Positions 13,438 through 26,130 of a stretch of DNA of 64,000 bases are shown here, in pieces. A model generated the notes under the pieces. The model was not told the origin of the DNA, ran no database searches, and was given only the letters and a program-made list of their open reading frames with translations. Source of the DNA: Euprymna scolopes. Taxonomy: Eukaryota. Where the stretch lies: NCBI GenBank assembly GCA_053919585.1, contig CM132798.1; one strand, 5' to 3'. The first letter of the stretch is position 1; the number at the start of each line of letters is the position of its first letter. Both the position numbers and the translations under genes were made by a program.

Positions 13438-15587
13438 CGTAAAAACACATGCCTAAACTTGCTCTTTTCTTTTACCTCTTTTAGTTTAACTGTCCTACTT
13501 ATAATGCTTACATTGGCACTATATCTTGTATCTTCCAGATTTGATTGTTACATGTTATTATCTATTTATTTATTTAAATTGTTGCCTCGTTATCGATTCA
13601 CTAGTCATGATCCATACTCTAACTGCTATCTCAGCATAGGCACTGCATTTTTGAGTTCCTACAACAATATCTCCAGAACCACCCATAATATGCTAATTAG
13701 TGTACAATAGTAGATTTTATAATTGATATAGCTTTCTTATCTATATTCTAAATGCAATTCTAATATACCGTAAACTAAAAATGTGTATATAAACAAAAGT
13801 CCAGTAAGCACTCTGTTGTAATTACCGTCATAACCGATCAGTTACGGAGAAATATTTTGAATTTTAATGTTTTTGTGCTTAATTCTATAATAGCTAATAA
13901 TTACCTATTTGCAATATATTTAATCTTAAATAATTCTATTTCAAACGCAACGTAGTTTACTGAAATCGCTGCTGGTAAATAAACGTGAAAGAGTATAAAA
14001 AGGCTATCGCAACAGAAGAGAATCTAGATACAAAGTAATGTGATTAATGGATAAAAGACCTATTCATTTCCCGTTCTGGTTTTACGATATTTTCAATTAC
14101 TTTTTTTTACCAAGAAACTTTTCATCTCTTTCTTTCTGAAAAAGAGCTTGGTGTCTCTAAATTAAAAATATTCTACCACTCCGGTTATCTAAAACAGGAA
14201 GTCTATTTTACTGCATTGTGTCTGTGGTTTATCTGGAATATAAAGGCGGATATGAAAACGAACTCTACGTTTGTTTCGTTGTGTCCATACATCACACCAT
14301 TTAAACACTTAGGTCCCTGCATTTCCACAGCTTTATGTGAAACTGTTTCCTTCCCCTAGCAGTCTATTTTCTACTGATATGGCGCGATATTCTGCACAAA
14401 TTATTATATAAGTAAGTAATAATAACATTTTATTTAATTCATTAGAAATTTATTTACGTTACCCTTAAACGTGTGTATAGCTTGTAATTATATTTCACTG
14501 TATTACATTTAAATACTGTAGTTTTGATCTTATTTTTTACTTCTGATTTCTATATTTGTGATTTTTATTTCTAATGTTACAGGTGTACATATAAGTATTA
14601 ATAACTGTGATATGTTTCGACTATGTATATGCGGATACATACGTGTTTTATAGATATATTTTAATATGTAAATATGTCTGCATGCGCCATAGATGTACAC
14701 GTTAGATCTGCAAAAACCAAACTTTTTTTTTTACTTACAAAATATAGTTATTTTCCACTCGGCCAAATCTATATCAGACAGGGCCGTAAGTCTTGCCTTA
14801 GTTTCATTCTATATTCCTAATCCTTTCATGTCTTTCACACTGACTTCCTCAGTTTGGAGGCAAAAGTAAATCTGTTCTAAAAATAATACGCCTGGTATGT
14901 TCAGATGAGTTAAGTTCCATTTTTTCTTAACGCTTTAGTTGTATTCTGTGTTTCGTCGAGAAACGTTTACAGTTTTTCATGTAATATAACTTCCATATGG
15001 TTTTCAGTTAATCTCTTTTTACAGTAAATTTTAGGACGCTATTGGATTTTAGGTACACGACATCAGGATTTCAATTTATATTGGACTATATCATATGCAG
15101 ATATGTTTTGAAATATTTAATCTTTTTTGATTTGTATTTATCATTTTACACTATTCATATTGCCAACTTACATACTTTCAATTAAATATGTTTACTTTCA
15201 CAATTTTTGTTTGACAATAATGTGATAACCAGCAAAATTTATATACCGGGGATGAATATTATTCTGCTAACTACGTTTCTCCAAGTATATGCGCCATTCA
15301 TATATTTTCCATTAATTAAGGAGTATTTAAAAAATATTTTTATATTCTTAGTAGAAAATAAATTTGTTAAAAAATTTACATCTACAAAAATTTAACATAA
15401 ATTTTCAATTATATTATTTCTCTTCCTCGAATATTTTTTTAACTGTTTGAAATTGTCATATAAATATCAATACTAATACTTATACTTGCTTTAACTTTAC
15501 AGAATCGTTCAATTACTGCGCTCGAAATTAATTTGTATCTTACAGACTCAGGCATTTATATATGTATGCTTGTGATATATTTATATA

Positions 15588-15642
<55 letters not shown>

Positions 15643-15680
15643 GGAAATAAATGTTTAGAGGTACAGACTTTATATATAGA

Positions 15681-16293
15681 TTTACAAATAATAGGCGGAA
15701 GTTTCTCGAGAGCTCTTTCGGCTATCATCTCATCAGGAGAAAATCGATAGCAACCTAAATAATATTGTGTCGAAAAAGAAAGAGTTCTAATGGGGAACTT
15801 ATTAAATGCGTTTGATGTTTCTTTTTGCCGGCACAAAGAAGGTTGACGCACCGCAATAGAGACGGCCTCCAAAATCTTTGAATTGTTTTTGGAGTCCGCT
15901 CGGTGTAGCACCTCGAACCAATCTATTTTATTATATCTATCGGCACAGCACGGGTTGTCAATCAAATGCTGGCCAATAGCAGAGTCCAAGGCTGCAGAAG
16001 GAGGGAGACCACGAGACCACATCAGGCAAAAAGAAACACCAAACTCATTGTTTCTTTTTGGGGAACTTTGAAACTTTTCTCCCGCTTTTTTTCTTCCTCG
16101 TTGTGCCAATATTTTAATCGTTTTTAAACGTAAATAAATTTATTTAGTGTTCCCGTACTTTTGGCACATTTAATAAGTTCCTCATTAGAACTCTTTATTT
16201 TTCGACACAATATTATTTAGGTTGCTATCGATTTTCTCCTGACGAGATGATAGCAGAAAGAGCTCTCGAGAAACTTCCGCCTATTATTTTTAA

Positions 16294-16295
<2 letters not shown>
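15681..16295 (-). mobile_element. 5'-truncated Penelope-like element with GIY-YIG C-terminus and inverted pseudo-LTRs, between (TA)n tracts
   Basis: SAIGQHLIDNPCCA...FEVLHRA...ILEAVSIAVRQPSLCRQKE at ~15810-15995 (-); inverted ~130-bp arms at 15681-15808 and 16167-16295. Confidence 0.85.
16233..16273 (+). ncRNA. Minimal type I hammerhead ribozyme motif in the Penelope pseudo-LTR (second copy on minus at ~15702-15742)
   Basis: TTTCTC-CTGACGA-gatgatagca-GAAA-GAGCTC-TC-GAGAAA: both core boxes, 6-bp stem I, palindromic stem III; stem II weak. Confidence 0.7.
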
Positions 16296-16372
<77 letters not shown>

Positions 16373-17202
16373 CATGTGTATACGCGTGTTAGTGTGATAT
16401 TACAAACTACACTCCTCCTATATAACAGATATAAATATAGTTCTCTCATTCAGCCTCCATAATTTATTTGTCTCCTTATGTAACTATCGCCTGACGTCAA
16501 ATGCCGATAACGGTACGTAGCATCTATTCACGAGAAGCATTACGATTCGAAATAACATGGTATTATAAGTTTTCACTTACAGAAAACCTTTAATCATATA
16601 TTCCCTTACTAAAGAAATGAACACACACACACACACATGCACACACACACATATATACTACTATATAGTGTGTATATATATTCATTTTCTCTCTTTATTG
16701 ACTGATATATGTATACATGTATGTGTGTGTATGTGTATGTGTGTAGAGATGGAGAAGGAGAGAGATACATAAATTATGTATATATTAGGGTTCATTTGCG
16801 TTTTCGTCCTGTTCTCTAAATGAATTCTTTGTATAGTTAAGAAGTTTTCGACTTTGCTAACGAGTTCGAATCGATAAGAACGAGTGTTTAGAAGCTGAAA
16901 TGTTTCATACTCGTCACAGATGCACAAAGGCAAACATGGTTTTCTGCTTGACAAGTAAAAAAATATATTAGTAAGAATCGAAACACAAACTGTAGCATAC
17001 AAATCTGGTGCCGTTACCACCGTACTAAAGTGACACGCGTATGAACTGATTATAAATTAAAAAATAAAAGAAGACTAAGATAATATTACAAAATATATAA
17101 CGGGGTTTTTTTTTTCAATTTTGCCCCATTAAACCTTAAAAATTATTATAACTTGCTAGAGACCATTAAAATGGCGGTCAGTGAAAATGGTTTTCATATA
17201 TA

Positions 17203-17273
<71 letters not shown>

Positions 17274-17556
17274 CACCATTTTTAAAGGAAAGAGAGACTA
17301 TGGGAAAGTAAACTGAAATTATAAGCAACACAATGGAATCTAAGGTCAACAAGTCAACAGGCAAACATAATGCAACATTAAAAATGAAATACAAACATAA
17401 GGTTTACAATTTAATATGACTTCTTTGTAAAGAATAGAATAAATTTTTCTAAAAATCATCAAATAGCCGGAAGACATTAGATTAAATCAGCATTATTGTT
17501 AGTATATTTACCTTGAGTTAGTTAATCGATCAAATTAATAAAGTGTTATTATTATT

Positions 17557-18620
17557 GGCTCACATGGAGCTTTCAAGCAGGTCATGAAAGATCAGATTGA
17601 AAACCTGTGGTGCCCCCTGGAAGTTGAGTGAGAACAACTCTCCCCAGACGCCAAGCCTCTCCACCTCCTTCCATAGTATTTGCTAATAAATTTGCGATAT
17701 CGCAACAGTCTCTCGCCATTGAATTTACTGCTGGCAGCGACCATTGGTCTATACTGCAAATCAAGTGTCACTTAGCCTTCGAAGATCCTAGTTCTCTTCG
17801 CGCTGGTAAAGCGGAGGTCTGGTCAGTGTCTTCTCCTCGGTCTTTCCATCCTCCTTGATCCTTCTCGGTTATTTGGTATCAAACATTTGGGGGGAGCGAT
17901 GAGGCAATGGCAGGGAATCCGTGATAGGGGTGTAGAACTTGTTGATATGCAGCTTCAGTGTACTTCATTCCCTATAAGGCTTATTCATGTTTGGCCTATG
18001 CAGCAGTCTGTCTGGCTCACGCATGTGGTTCATATGTATTTTTCTCCGCATTCAACCGTTTTCTTTAATATGTCAGCCGTTTTCATAATCGTTAGTCATT
18101 ATATCTTTGCAACCATTCCCCTGATTCCAATTTCTCCTATTGTGTTTTCAATTTTTTTTCGGAATTGTTCCTAGTGCTCCTACTATTGTAGGTATTATTT
18201 TGATTTTCTTCATCATCCAAATCCTTTTTAACTCTCTGGCTAGCTCTGCGTATTTATTTTGTTTCTCCTTTTCTTTCATACTCAACATGTGATCAACTGG
18301 GAGAGCAAAATCTACAAGTTGACAGGATTTTTCTTTCTTATTAATTATTACGTCACATGGTCTTCTTGCTTGGATGGGTTTATCAGTTTGTACGTTCATG
18401 CCCCATAAGATTTTCTGATTCTCGTTTCAAGTACTGTTGCCGGCTTCTGTTTGTACCATCTGTAGCCGTTCCTGTATCCAGTTTGGGTTTAGTTTATATG
18501 TGGTGTTAGTCTCCACATTCAAGGGATTTCCTTAACATTTCTGCAGTTTTCGTTATTGAAATTCATAGTATTTTCTCAGCCATCCCTCTGATTCCAATCT
18601 CTTCGATCTTTTTCCAAATT
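17557..18620 (-). mobile_element. 3' fragment of an R4/Dong-like non-LTR retrotransposon (restriction-like endonuclease)
   Basis: KILW..VQTDKPIQARRPCDVII..LVDFALP..KEKEKQNKYAELA..IPTIVGALG (decayed PD-D-K RLE motif) at 18148-18420; (TAA)n on both sides. Confidence 0.75.
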
Positions 18621-18666
18621 TTATTATTAATGTTGTTGTTGTTTTTGTTGTTGTTATTAGTATTAC

Positions 18667-18726
<60 letters not shown>
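18615..18726. repeat. (TTA)n/(TTG)n microsatellite
   Basis: Directly visible. Confidence 0.95.
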
Positions 18727-20621
18727 GTAATTACTAGAAATATTCACACAAGTATTCACTATTCATTGCTCGGTGTGTTTTCCAGTGTTATTGACATGAA
18801 TTTTACTGTGATTTACTTCGCCTCTTTCAATAACTTTTGAAAAATATTTCGGTCTTTTACAAACATCCGTTTACCATTTACTTTTCTCCAGCAACGATCA
18901 CGAATAAGCTTTCCCCAATATGTCAATAGTGTTCATACCTTTTTAATCTAGGTTTGCCTGGTACATTCTCAATCTTCTTATTCTCTTTGACATATTAGAA
19001 ACATTGGGTGAGTATATGTCTGCCAGTTTGTTAGATGTCGACTAGGTTTAATGTCATTGATATCGTGCATTTTTCTTCTTTTTCCTTTCCTTGTATTCTT
19101 CTTCTTCGTCTTCTTCTCCTTCTTCTTTTCTTTCTTCTTCTTCTTATTATTATAGTAGTAGTAGTAGTAGTAGTAGTAGTTGTACGAGTGGTTTTAATTA
19201 GTAGTTGGCACTAAAATTCTTACATGAGCCATTGTCAGTAAGCTTTCATTTTGTTATGCTTGGAGTCACGCCAGATTTTTTAAAATACGTTTAGTTTCTT
19301 TGGATAATGATTAAAAAGGATTTACATTCACGCAACAGCTGTTTACCAATAAGTTAAACTTGATAAAAGCAGTTGATGTTCTGTAGAGTTTGAGGGCAAT
19401 AAACTTTATAAGCTTCTAGTAGACTTCTGTTTATTTCAAGATGAACCTGAATAGTTCTCTCCCATCTGATATTATAACCTTACTTAAAACGTCACAACCA
19501 ATTTCCTTGCCATAAAGAGATTCCGATGATATTACCGATCTTCGTTGGGAAGATGACATTTCATACTTTCTCTGAATTCTTTAAATTTAGTACCGTTTCT
19601 AAAGCCGCTACTCTGTTNNNNNNNNNNNNNNNNNNNNNNNNNNNNNNNNNNNNNNNNNNNNNNNNNNNNNNNNNNNNNNNNNNNNNNNNNNNNNNNNNNN
19701 NNNNNNNNNNNNNNNNNNNNNNNNNNNNNNNNNNNNNNNNNNNNNNNNNNNNNNNNNNNNNNNNNNNNNNNNNNNNNNNNNNNNNNNNNNNNNNNNNNNN
19801 NNNNNNNNTTGTCAGTTATTCCTGTTTCCTCCGAAATTAGCTTGAGTCTTCTTTGATAACTAATTTCTGTGTTGTACACTTTTTAACCGCATCTTCTATT
19901 CTTCTGGTTGTCAGATTGTTTTCGTTAAAAAGCTGGTTGTGTTCCCAGGACTTGCATTCACTTTGCTGTCTGTGTTCTTCTTTCTGGATATAATTTTGTA
20001 AGATTATATGTTGTATTATATGAAATAAAGAAGAAAATATATATTACGTGGAAAAGAAAAGATTTCTTTCCGATTAAATACTCATGTAGTCAAAATACAG
20101 TTACACGAATAAATATAGTTGAGGAACTACAGATTACTTCCCGGGTTGTTAGCACCCTAGCCCTTCATGGGCGTGCTTTGGCCGTAGGTGGAGGAATACA
20201 TAGAAATGCAGCCCCATAATCCCCTGTATTCTATCGACCTCTTTGTCTGCACAGTCATGAAGTGAGCATGAATATTTCTGTCTCTCCGTAAATGAGGGGT
20301 GCACACCCTCCCACTCAACACTAGTTTAGGGTAGTTTGTTTAAGTCACGGTGAAAAGCAATTGCAAATTCTATGTAAAAATATTGTAATATATATTGTAT
20401 AAATTAAATAAAATAAAATAGTTAATTATATTTCATATATCTGGCGATTGTGCCGTATTATGTGTTTTTTTGTGTCTGCCATAAATGTCTTAAGTCGGAT
20501 GAGGTGGCCCTGAGGGGGAAGAAAGAGAATTTCAGCCAGAATGCCACCACACTTATCTTGAGAAAATGAAAAATCCACACACTAACAGTCAACATCTCAG
20601 GTATGCTTTTCGTCTTGTGAC

Positions 20622-20772
20622 TCAGGCCCTAATGACTGATCCATCTTCACATCATTATGGGGTCGTTTCTAAGACTTCTTACCGTGTCTTTATCGTTGAG
20701 ATATCGCTTATTCCCCCGGGAAGCTGGTGGTATTCCGAGGACTAAACTATAGTACAACATTGTAAAATATTT
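20622..20772 (+). repeat. Dispersed repeat, second copy at ~22744-22921
   Basis: Shared CAGGCCCTA..TGA.CCATCTTCACATC.TTATGGG...TATTCCCCCGGGAAGCT..AAAATATTTA. Confidence 0.85.
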
Positions 20773-21360
20773 AAGAGGATATATTATTTTCTAGCATGGA
20801 ATGATTTCGACCTGCCGGGTTTTAATAGATTACGGCACAATCTACCATATTGTTCCATAAATCGAGAGTTGTTTTTCGCATAGAAACAATCTCGACCCTA
20901 CGGAAAAATACACGAACACAACTCCAAAGATAATAGAAACTAGACAAATATAAAAGAAATGAGTTCCACGGTTTTAAAAACTGAACGAACTTTAAATATA
21001 TTTAGGGCAGATGAAAAAGGACTCTATACGATAAACGAATACCTTAATCACGGTTTAAAAACAATTTCAAAGGAAAATGAAAGAATGACAGACCGATACA
21101 CACGTGCGCACAAACGAAAACAAAAAATGGACTCGGAACATTCAGAACCTGAAAAAACTTGTTTTCCACCTACGAGGAAACTAACCGTTACATATAAAAG
21201 ATCGATTCAGAATTAAAAATGTGTACCCTTCCTACATCTATACACATGAAACTTATTCACATGTAAAAAGAGTATTGAAAAAATAATCTTTCGATTAGAA
21301 AACAAAGTCAGAAATGTGTCCCTCTAGGAAATAAAAGACAAAACGTGTCTCTAGTAAATG

Positions 21361-21441
<81 letters not shown>

Positions 21442-21559
21442 CTACTTCATTTACCCACATAAATTTATCCGAAAGTATAGATTTATGCGTAAACTTAAAG
21501 CATTTATTTAAAAAATGCTCAATACGTAGGTAAAGCTAGTTAGTAATTTATTAAATATA

Positions 21560-21795
21560 TATGACGATTAAGCTACACTGAATATTCGGCATTTCATCCA
21601 CTCTAGGATTCATCAGGCTTATGCGCGATTTCTGTGGTTGTTTATCGTTTTTATATTGTCCTCTTCTATTGAGGATTTAGTTAGCCAATCAGCTTTCTAG
21701 TATCCACCGCGCCCCTTCCTATAAACCAATGAGCATGCATTTTATCGAACAAAGGATCTGTTTTAAAACTAGGTTTTGAGGCAGACATTTTTCTT
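21560..21795 (-). mobile_element. Penelope-like 3' end/pseudo-LTR with promoter motifs and a decayed hammerhead
   Basis: On minus: KPSFKTD..W-like peptide end, GATTGG, TATAAAAA, then CTGATGA-ATCC-tagagt-GGAT-GAAA-TGCC (21586-21620); lies between (TA)n tracts. Confidence 0.6.
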
Positions 21796-22475
21796 GTTAG
21801 TATATATAAATATACATATGTGTACATACATATATGCATATATATATATACATATATATATACATACATATATGTGTGATCGTATATGTATATTCATGTT
21901 TAGTTAATTTATTTATTTGTTTATTTTCTATTGTTTTTGTTAGTTCTAAAACTATTTTGTATCGCTATCCTAGAGTAAATGTTATTTTGTGAACACAGTT
22001 ATTTGCTATTTCTCTTCGACATTTTAATAGATTTTGGGGTTCTTTAAAGTACAGGATAGCAAATTTTTCATGAAGTCATAATCTACATGGGTCGTCTAAA
22101 TGCATACACTTGGTAGCTTGTCTTATTATTTTCCATTCGACTACCGGCGAATATCCGCTTTCTTTGAGCTCCCAGTATTTATTCGCTAGTGCTATTTTTA
22201 TACAGTGTTTTTTTTATTTTTGAATGTACTTTTGTGGTCATAGTATCGGTTTTTTGACCACAAAAGTGCATTCAACAATAAAACCACCGTATAAAAACAA
22301 CACTAGTGAATAATTGCTGGNNNNNNNNNNNNNNNNNNNNNNNNNNNNNNNNNNNNNNNNNNNNNNNNNNNNNNNNNNNNNNNNNNNNNNNNNNNNNNNN
22401 NNNNNNNNNNNNNNNNNNNNNNNNNNNNNNNNNNNNNNNNNNNNNNNNNNNNNNNNNCATGAAAAAAAGAAATAA

Positions 22476-23309
22476 TTTAAAAACAGACATATTACAATTG
22501 ATATTACTTTAAAAACGAACAGGATCTTTTCTATAATTATCGTTTTTTTTTTTCTTTTTCTATCCTTAAAATCCATGTGTTACACAACATTAACTCAAAC
22601 GTCTATCCATACTCGCGGTTTCATGTTTGGAACACTCGACTAATTGATGTATTTGTTTATCTATCTTTAATTGGCTGTTTCCCCATTTAAGTTTATTTTC
22701 GTTTTCTTAACTGTATCATTGATAGTCTGTTCGTCTTGATACCCAGGCCCTAGTGAGTGACCCATCTTCACATCGTTATGGGACCGGTTCTAAAACTCCT
22801 AACTATTTCTTTATCGTTGTGATATCGTTTATTCCCCCGGGAAGCTTGTTGTGTTCCCAGGACGTTCACCAACTACGTAACTATCCCCGGGGACCGATAG
22901 TACCACATTTCAAAATATTTACAAATATTCTTTCCGATACACGAGTAATATTTTCTTGCTTTATTTATATTCATTTAAATAATTTCATTTAATTAAACTG
23001 ATCTTTAGCGCATGAAATAGCTAGTACCAAGGGCAAATGAATGTATGTTGAATGTGAACAGACTCTCGAGGATACAGTTAAGAAAACGAAAATAAAAGTT
23101 AATGAGGAAGCAGCCAATTAAAGATAGATAAACAAACACATCAATTAGCCGAGTGTTCTGAAAATGAAACCGCGAGTATGGATAGACGTTTGATTTGCCG
23201 TTGTGTAATACATGTATTTTAAGGATTGAAAAGGTATAAAAACGAAAATTATAGAAAATATCCTGTAAGCTTTTAAAGTAATATCAATTGTAATGTGTCT
23301 GTTTTTAAA
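22476..23309. repeat. Long inverted repeat (~255-bp arms at 22476-22732 and 23056-23309), foldback/MITE-like
   Basis: Arms are reverse complements, e.g. CAAACGTCTATCCATACTCGCGGTTTCAT / ATGAAACCGCGAGTATGGATAGACGTTTG. Confidence 0.9.
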
Positions 23310-24199
23310 ATAGAGAGAAAAACAGAAGGAAAAAGGCAGAATGCTGTTAGCTGAAACCGAAGAAATAAAGGGGAATCACCCGTTGATCGAGGCGCTCGAG
23401 TCAGAATCGGTTTGACTCTGTCAATTAAACAGGCCAGCGCTTTGAAAGCAGGTCATCTAGTGTTGTCCGGCTTCCAATAATGTGAATGATAGCGAAATCT
23501 GTTGTATCCGAGTTCCAGTTTTCGAATTCTTGATTATTTTAAGAGGAATTAATGAGCGACTAGTATTAATCGGTTTCCGGAGTTTAAATTTTCTGGTTAA
23601 GCGAAATTAGAGTTTGCGATAAGTTCTTACTCCGAGTGTATAGATAGCGGTATATGCTATCACACGTGATAATCCCATATTCACACCGTCAGTTACCTGG
23701 TTACTGATGGGAACGAGTGAGATATTGGTCGGAAAATATTAAAACGGAATCGCAAAGTCCGATGAGCATAGGTAGCCTTTTAAATAGTACTTTATACTAG
23801 TGAGGTGATAATCGTCAATAACGCTAGTCAGTGTCCTTAGTGAGTGATATGGAACCTGTGGGGTATTGATCAGCACAATGTCAACAAGTGTTCGATAAAT
23901 CTAGGCTGCATTTGACCAGTCCATAAGGATGAATAGGAATATGCCTTAGTATTAAGACCCTTGGTAAATGTCCTGCGGTTACTATACCACCGGTAAGCCG
24001 TACAACAGTCTATGGAAGATTGGAAGGGTTAGGAAACATACCAAAGGGTACAAGATTCCTACAATGGGCAATGCCTTAAGAGACTTTCGATAGTCATTAC
24101 TCCAAGCATAATGAGGTGCTCGTTGCTGAAAACTGCAAGGCCTGAGAGTCTCTGGTGATTGTTGATGCCATAAATTGATCATTGCGAGTCACGTATGGG

Positions 24200-24600
24200 G
24201 ACATATTCAGACGAGAAGTATCGTGTTAGAAATCCCGTATTACGAAATATGAATCGTCTCCCGTAAGGTAGAGACGGAGATATTCAGAGAAGTATCGTTG
24301 ACGAAATACGAAGCGGCTCCGGTAAGGTAGTGATTAATATATTCTAAAATGAAGTATTGTGGAAGTATTGTCGAATAAATTCCGTATAACGAAATACGAA
24401 GCGTCTTCTGTAAGGGATATACGGAAATATTCAGAGAAGATGTATTGTGTAATAAATCTCGAATGATGAAATACGTAACGTCTCCAGTAATATAGAGACG
24501 GGGATATTATGAGAACTATCGCTGAAGAAGTCCAGTTTGAAGCAATGTGTAAACGTCTCTAGTACGGTAGAGACAGACGTTGTCAGAGAAGAAGTAACTA
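24200..24600. repeat. Degenerate tandem repeat, ~55-85-bp units, about 5-6 copies
   Basis: Recurrent ATATTCAGAGAAGTATCG...ACGAAATACGAAGCGTCTCCGTAAGGTAGAGACGG variants. Confidence 0.8.
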
Positions 24601-25832
24601 AATTAGTGTGGGGCTAAGAAAGGTTTTTATTTTTCGATCTATGGTCGATAACTGCCCCAGAAATATGCTAATGAAAACTGAGTTAGAGCCTTTTATTCAG
24701 GTGGCAATCCTAAAGAATTGCCGACTGATTCTGCCAGGTAGAAAGAGAACCGGTTTAGTCCTCGATGTGAAATACACTTCCTTTGTAAATGGAGAACATT
24801 TCCGGGAACATTAAACAATATTGCTGAAAAATGTTTATTTTGAAATATTTTGTCATGGCTACAGAAGGTACCTTAAGTGACGGTCTTCAAGAAATCGTTT
24901 ATGGGGAATTTTCTTACTAACAGAAAGTTGCCTAGTTATTGTGCATGGCGAGGGAGCAAATTATTCAATCAGAACGAACCAGATCATGACGTGTAGGACG
25001 AGGATTGGTTGGATGAGAAAACCAGGTCCGTTTCGACATACCAACCATCCATTTATAAATAGATAAACGGGCAGACAATTAATTTTTCGCGTTTGTTTAG
25101 AGTCTGGAGTTTTGGAAGAGTTGATTGCGTATCTGTCCACCGCCTCACCTCGCATGAAATCACCCGTTCATTGACTGATCGACAAGTGAGAAAATCGGTT
25201 GTTAAAAACAAGAAAATTCCCCGTTTGAATAACTATCGAAGACTACAAGAAAAAGAAAAATATAATCTATATATATATTTTATTATTTTTATCTTTTCTG
25301 GTGATGACTGTTTGTATACATTGTCCTGTTCGTCTTGTAATAATTCATCTTTATGAAAAAAACTAGACCCAGAGTCTGCGCGAATATTCATCACCATTAT
25401 TGTTAGTTAACGTTGCAGACAAACACCAACTATAATGAGTGATATTTTTCATCGAGCGGCCGGCTAGTGCGAGTGACATGATCGATAATCTACCGTATCT
25501 AGCATTCGGATCGCATCGTTATATCAACCCTGTCATCATAGAAGTGGCTGCGACTGCGGCGTTGAACTTTTGTGAGTGTTCGAACCGAACCACCGGGAAC
25601 TACCCTCGTGTATAACTAGTGATCTGCTGTCATATAGCATTTTATGCTATACATGTACGGCTGCTCACCTGTGTTTTATTGGTTCGGTTTGACAAAAATG
25701 TGACCTGTAACTTGATGGATACCATGGTTCCTATGTTTACACCTTCTGAGTGAGATCGGGTCTTTGCAGAACATTATGTATTATTGATGTGCTAACACCT
25801 GGTTAATTTGGTAACGATGTGCTAACACCTAT

Positions 25833-26130
25833 ATTCGGCATAAACACGTTGACACCCCGGTCCCCACTGGATCAGCGAAGGTAAGCAAGTTGAAACTGGC
25901 CAGTACTAAATAGGTGAATATTTGAGTGTTCCAGATGTTATATCTGCTCTCAGCTTAGCTTGGCATTGTTTTCAGTCATTCTGGACTTCTCCATCCAACT
26001 GGATTCAAATAGTACGAATTTAGGAGAGGTGGGTTGTTTATTGCACAATCCTTGGCTTACAATTAAACGCGCAGCTGCCCCCCAGGGGCTATCCTTTGTC
26101 TTTCGAGACTGAACGGAGACATCGGTTAAC
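25833..26130 (+). mobile_element. 5S rRNA-derived sequence (25833-25943) with downstream body; SINE3 candidate or 5S pseudogene
   Basis: CGGCATAAACACGTTGA..CCGGT..GATCAGCGAAGGTAAGCAA..CAGTACT..GGTGA..CCAGATGTT is colinear with metazoan 5S rRNA over ~110 nt with many substitutions. Confidence 0.7.

Noticed and set aside
25833-25943. Functional 5S rRNA gene
   Set aside because: Too diverged, terminal stem broken, solitary, and no terminator
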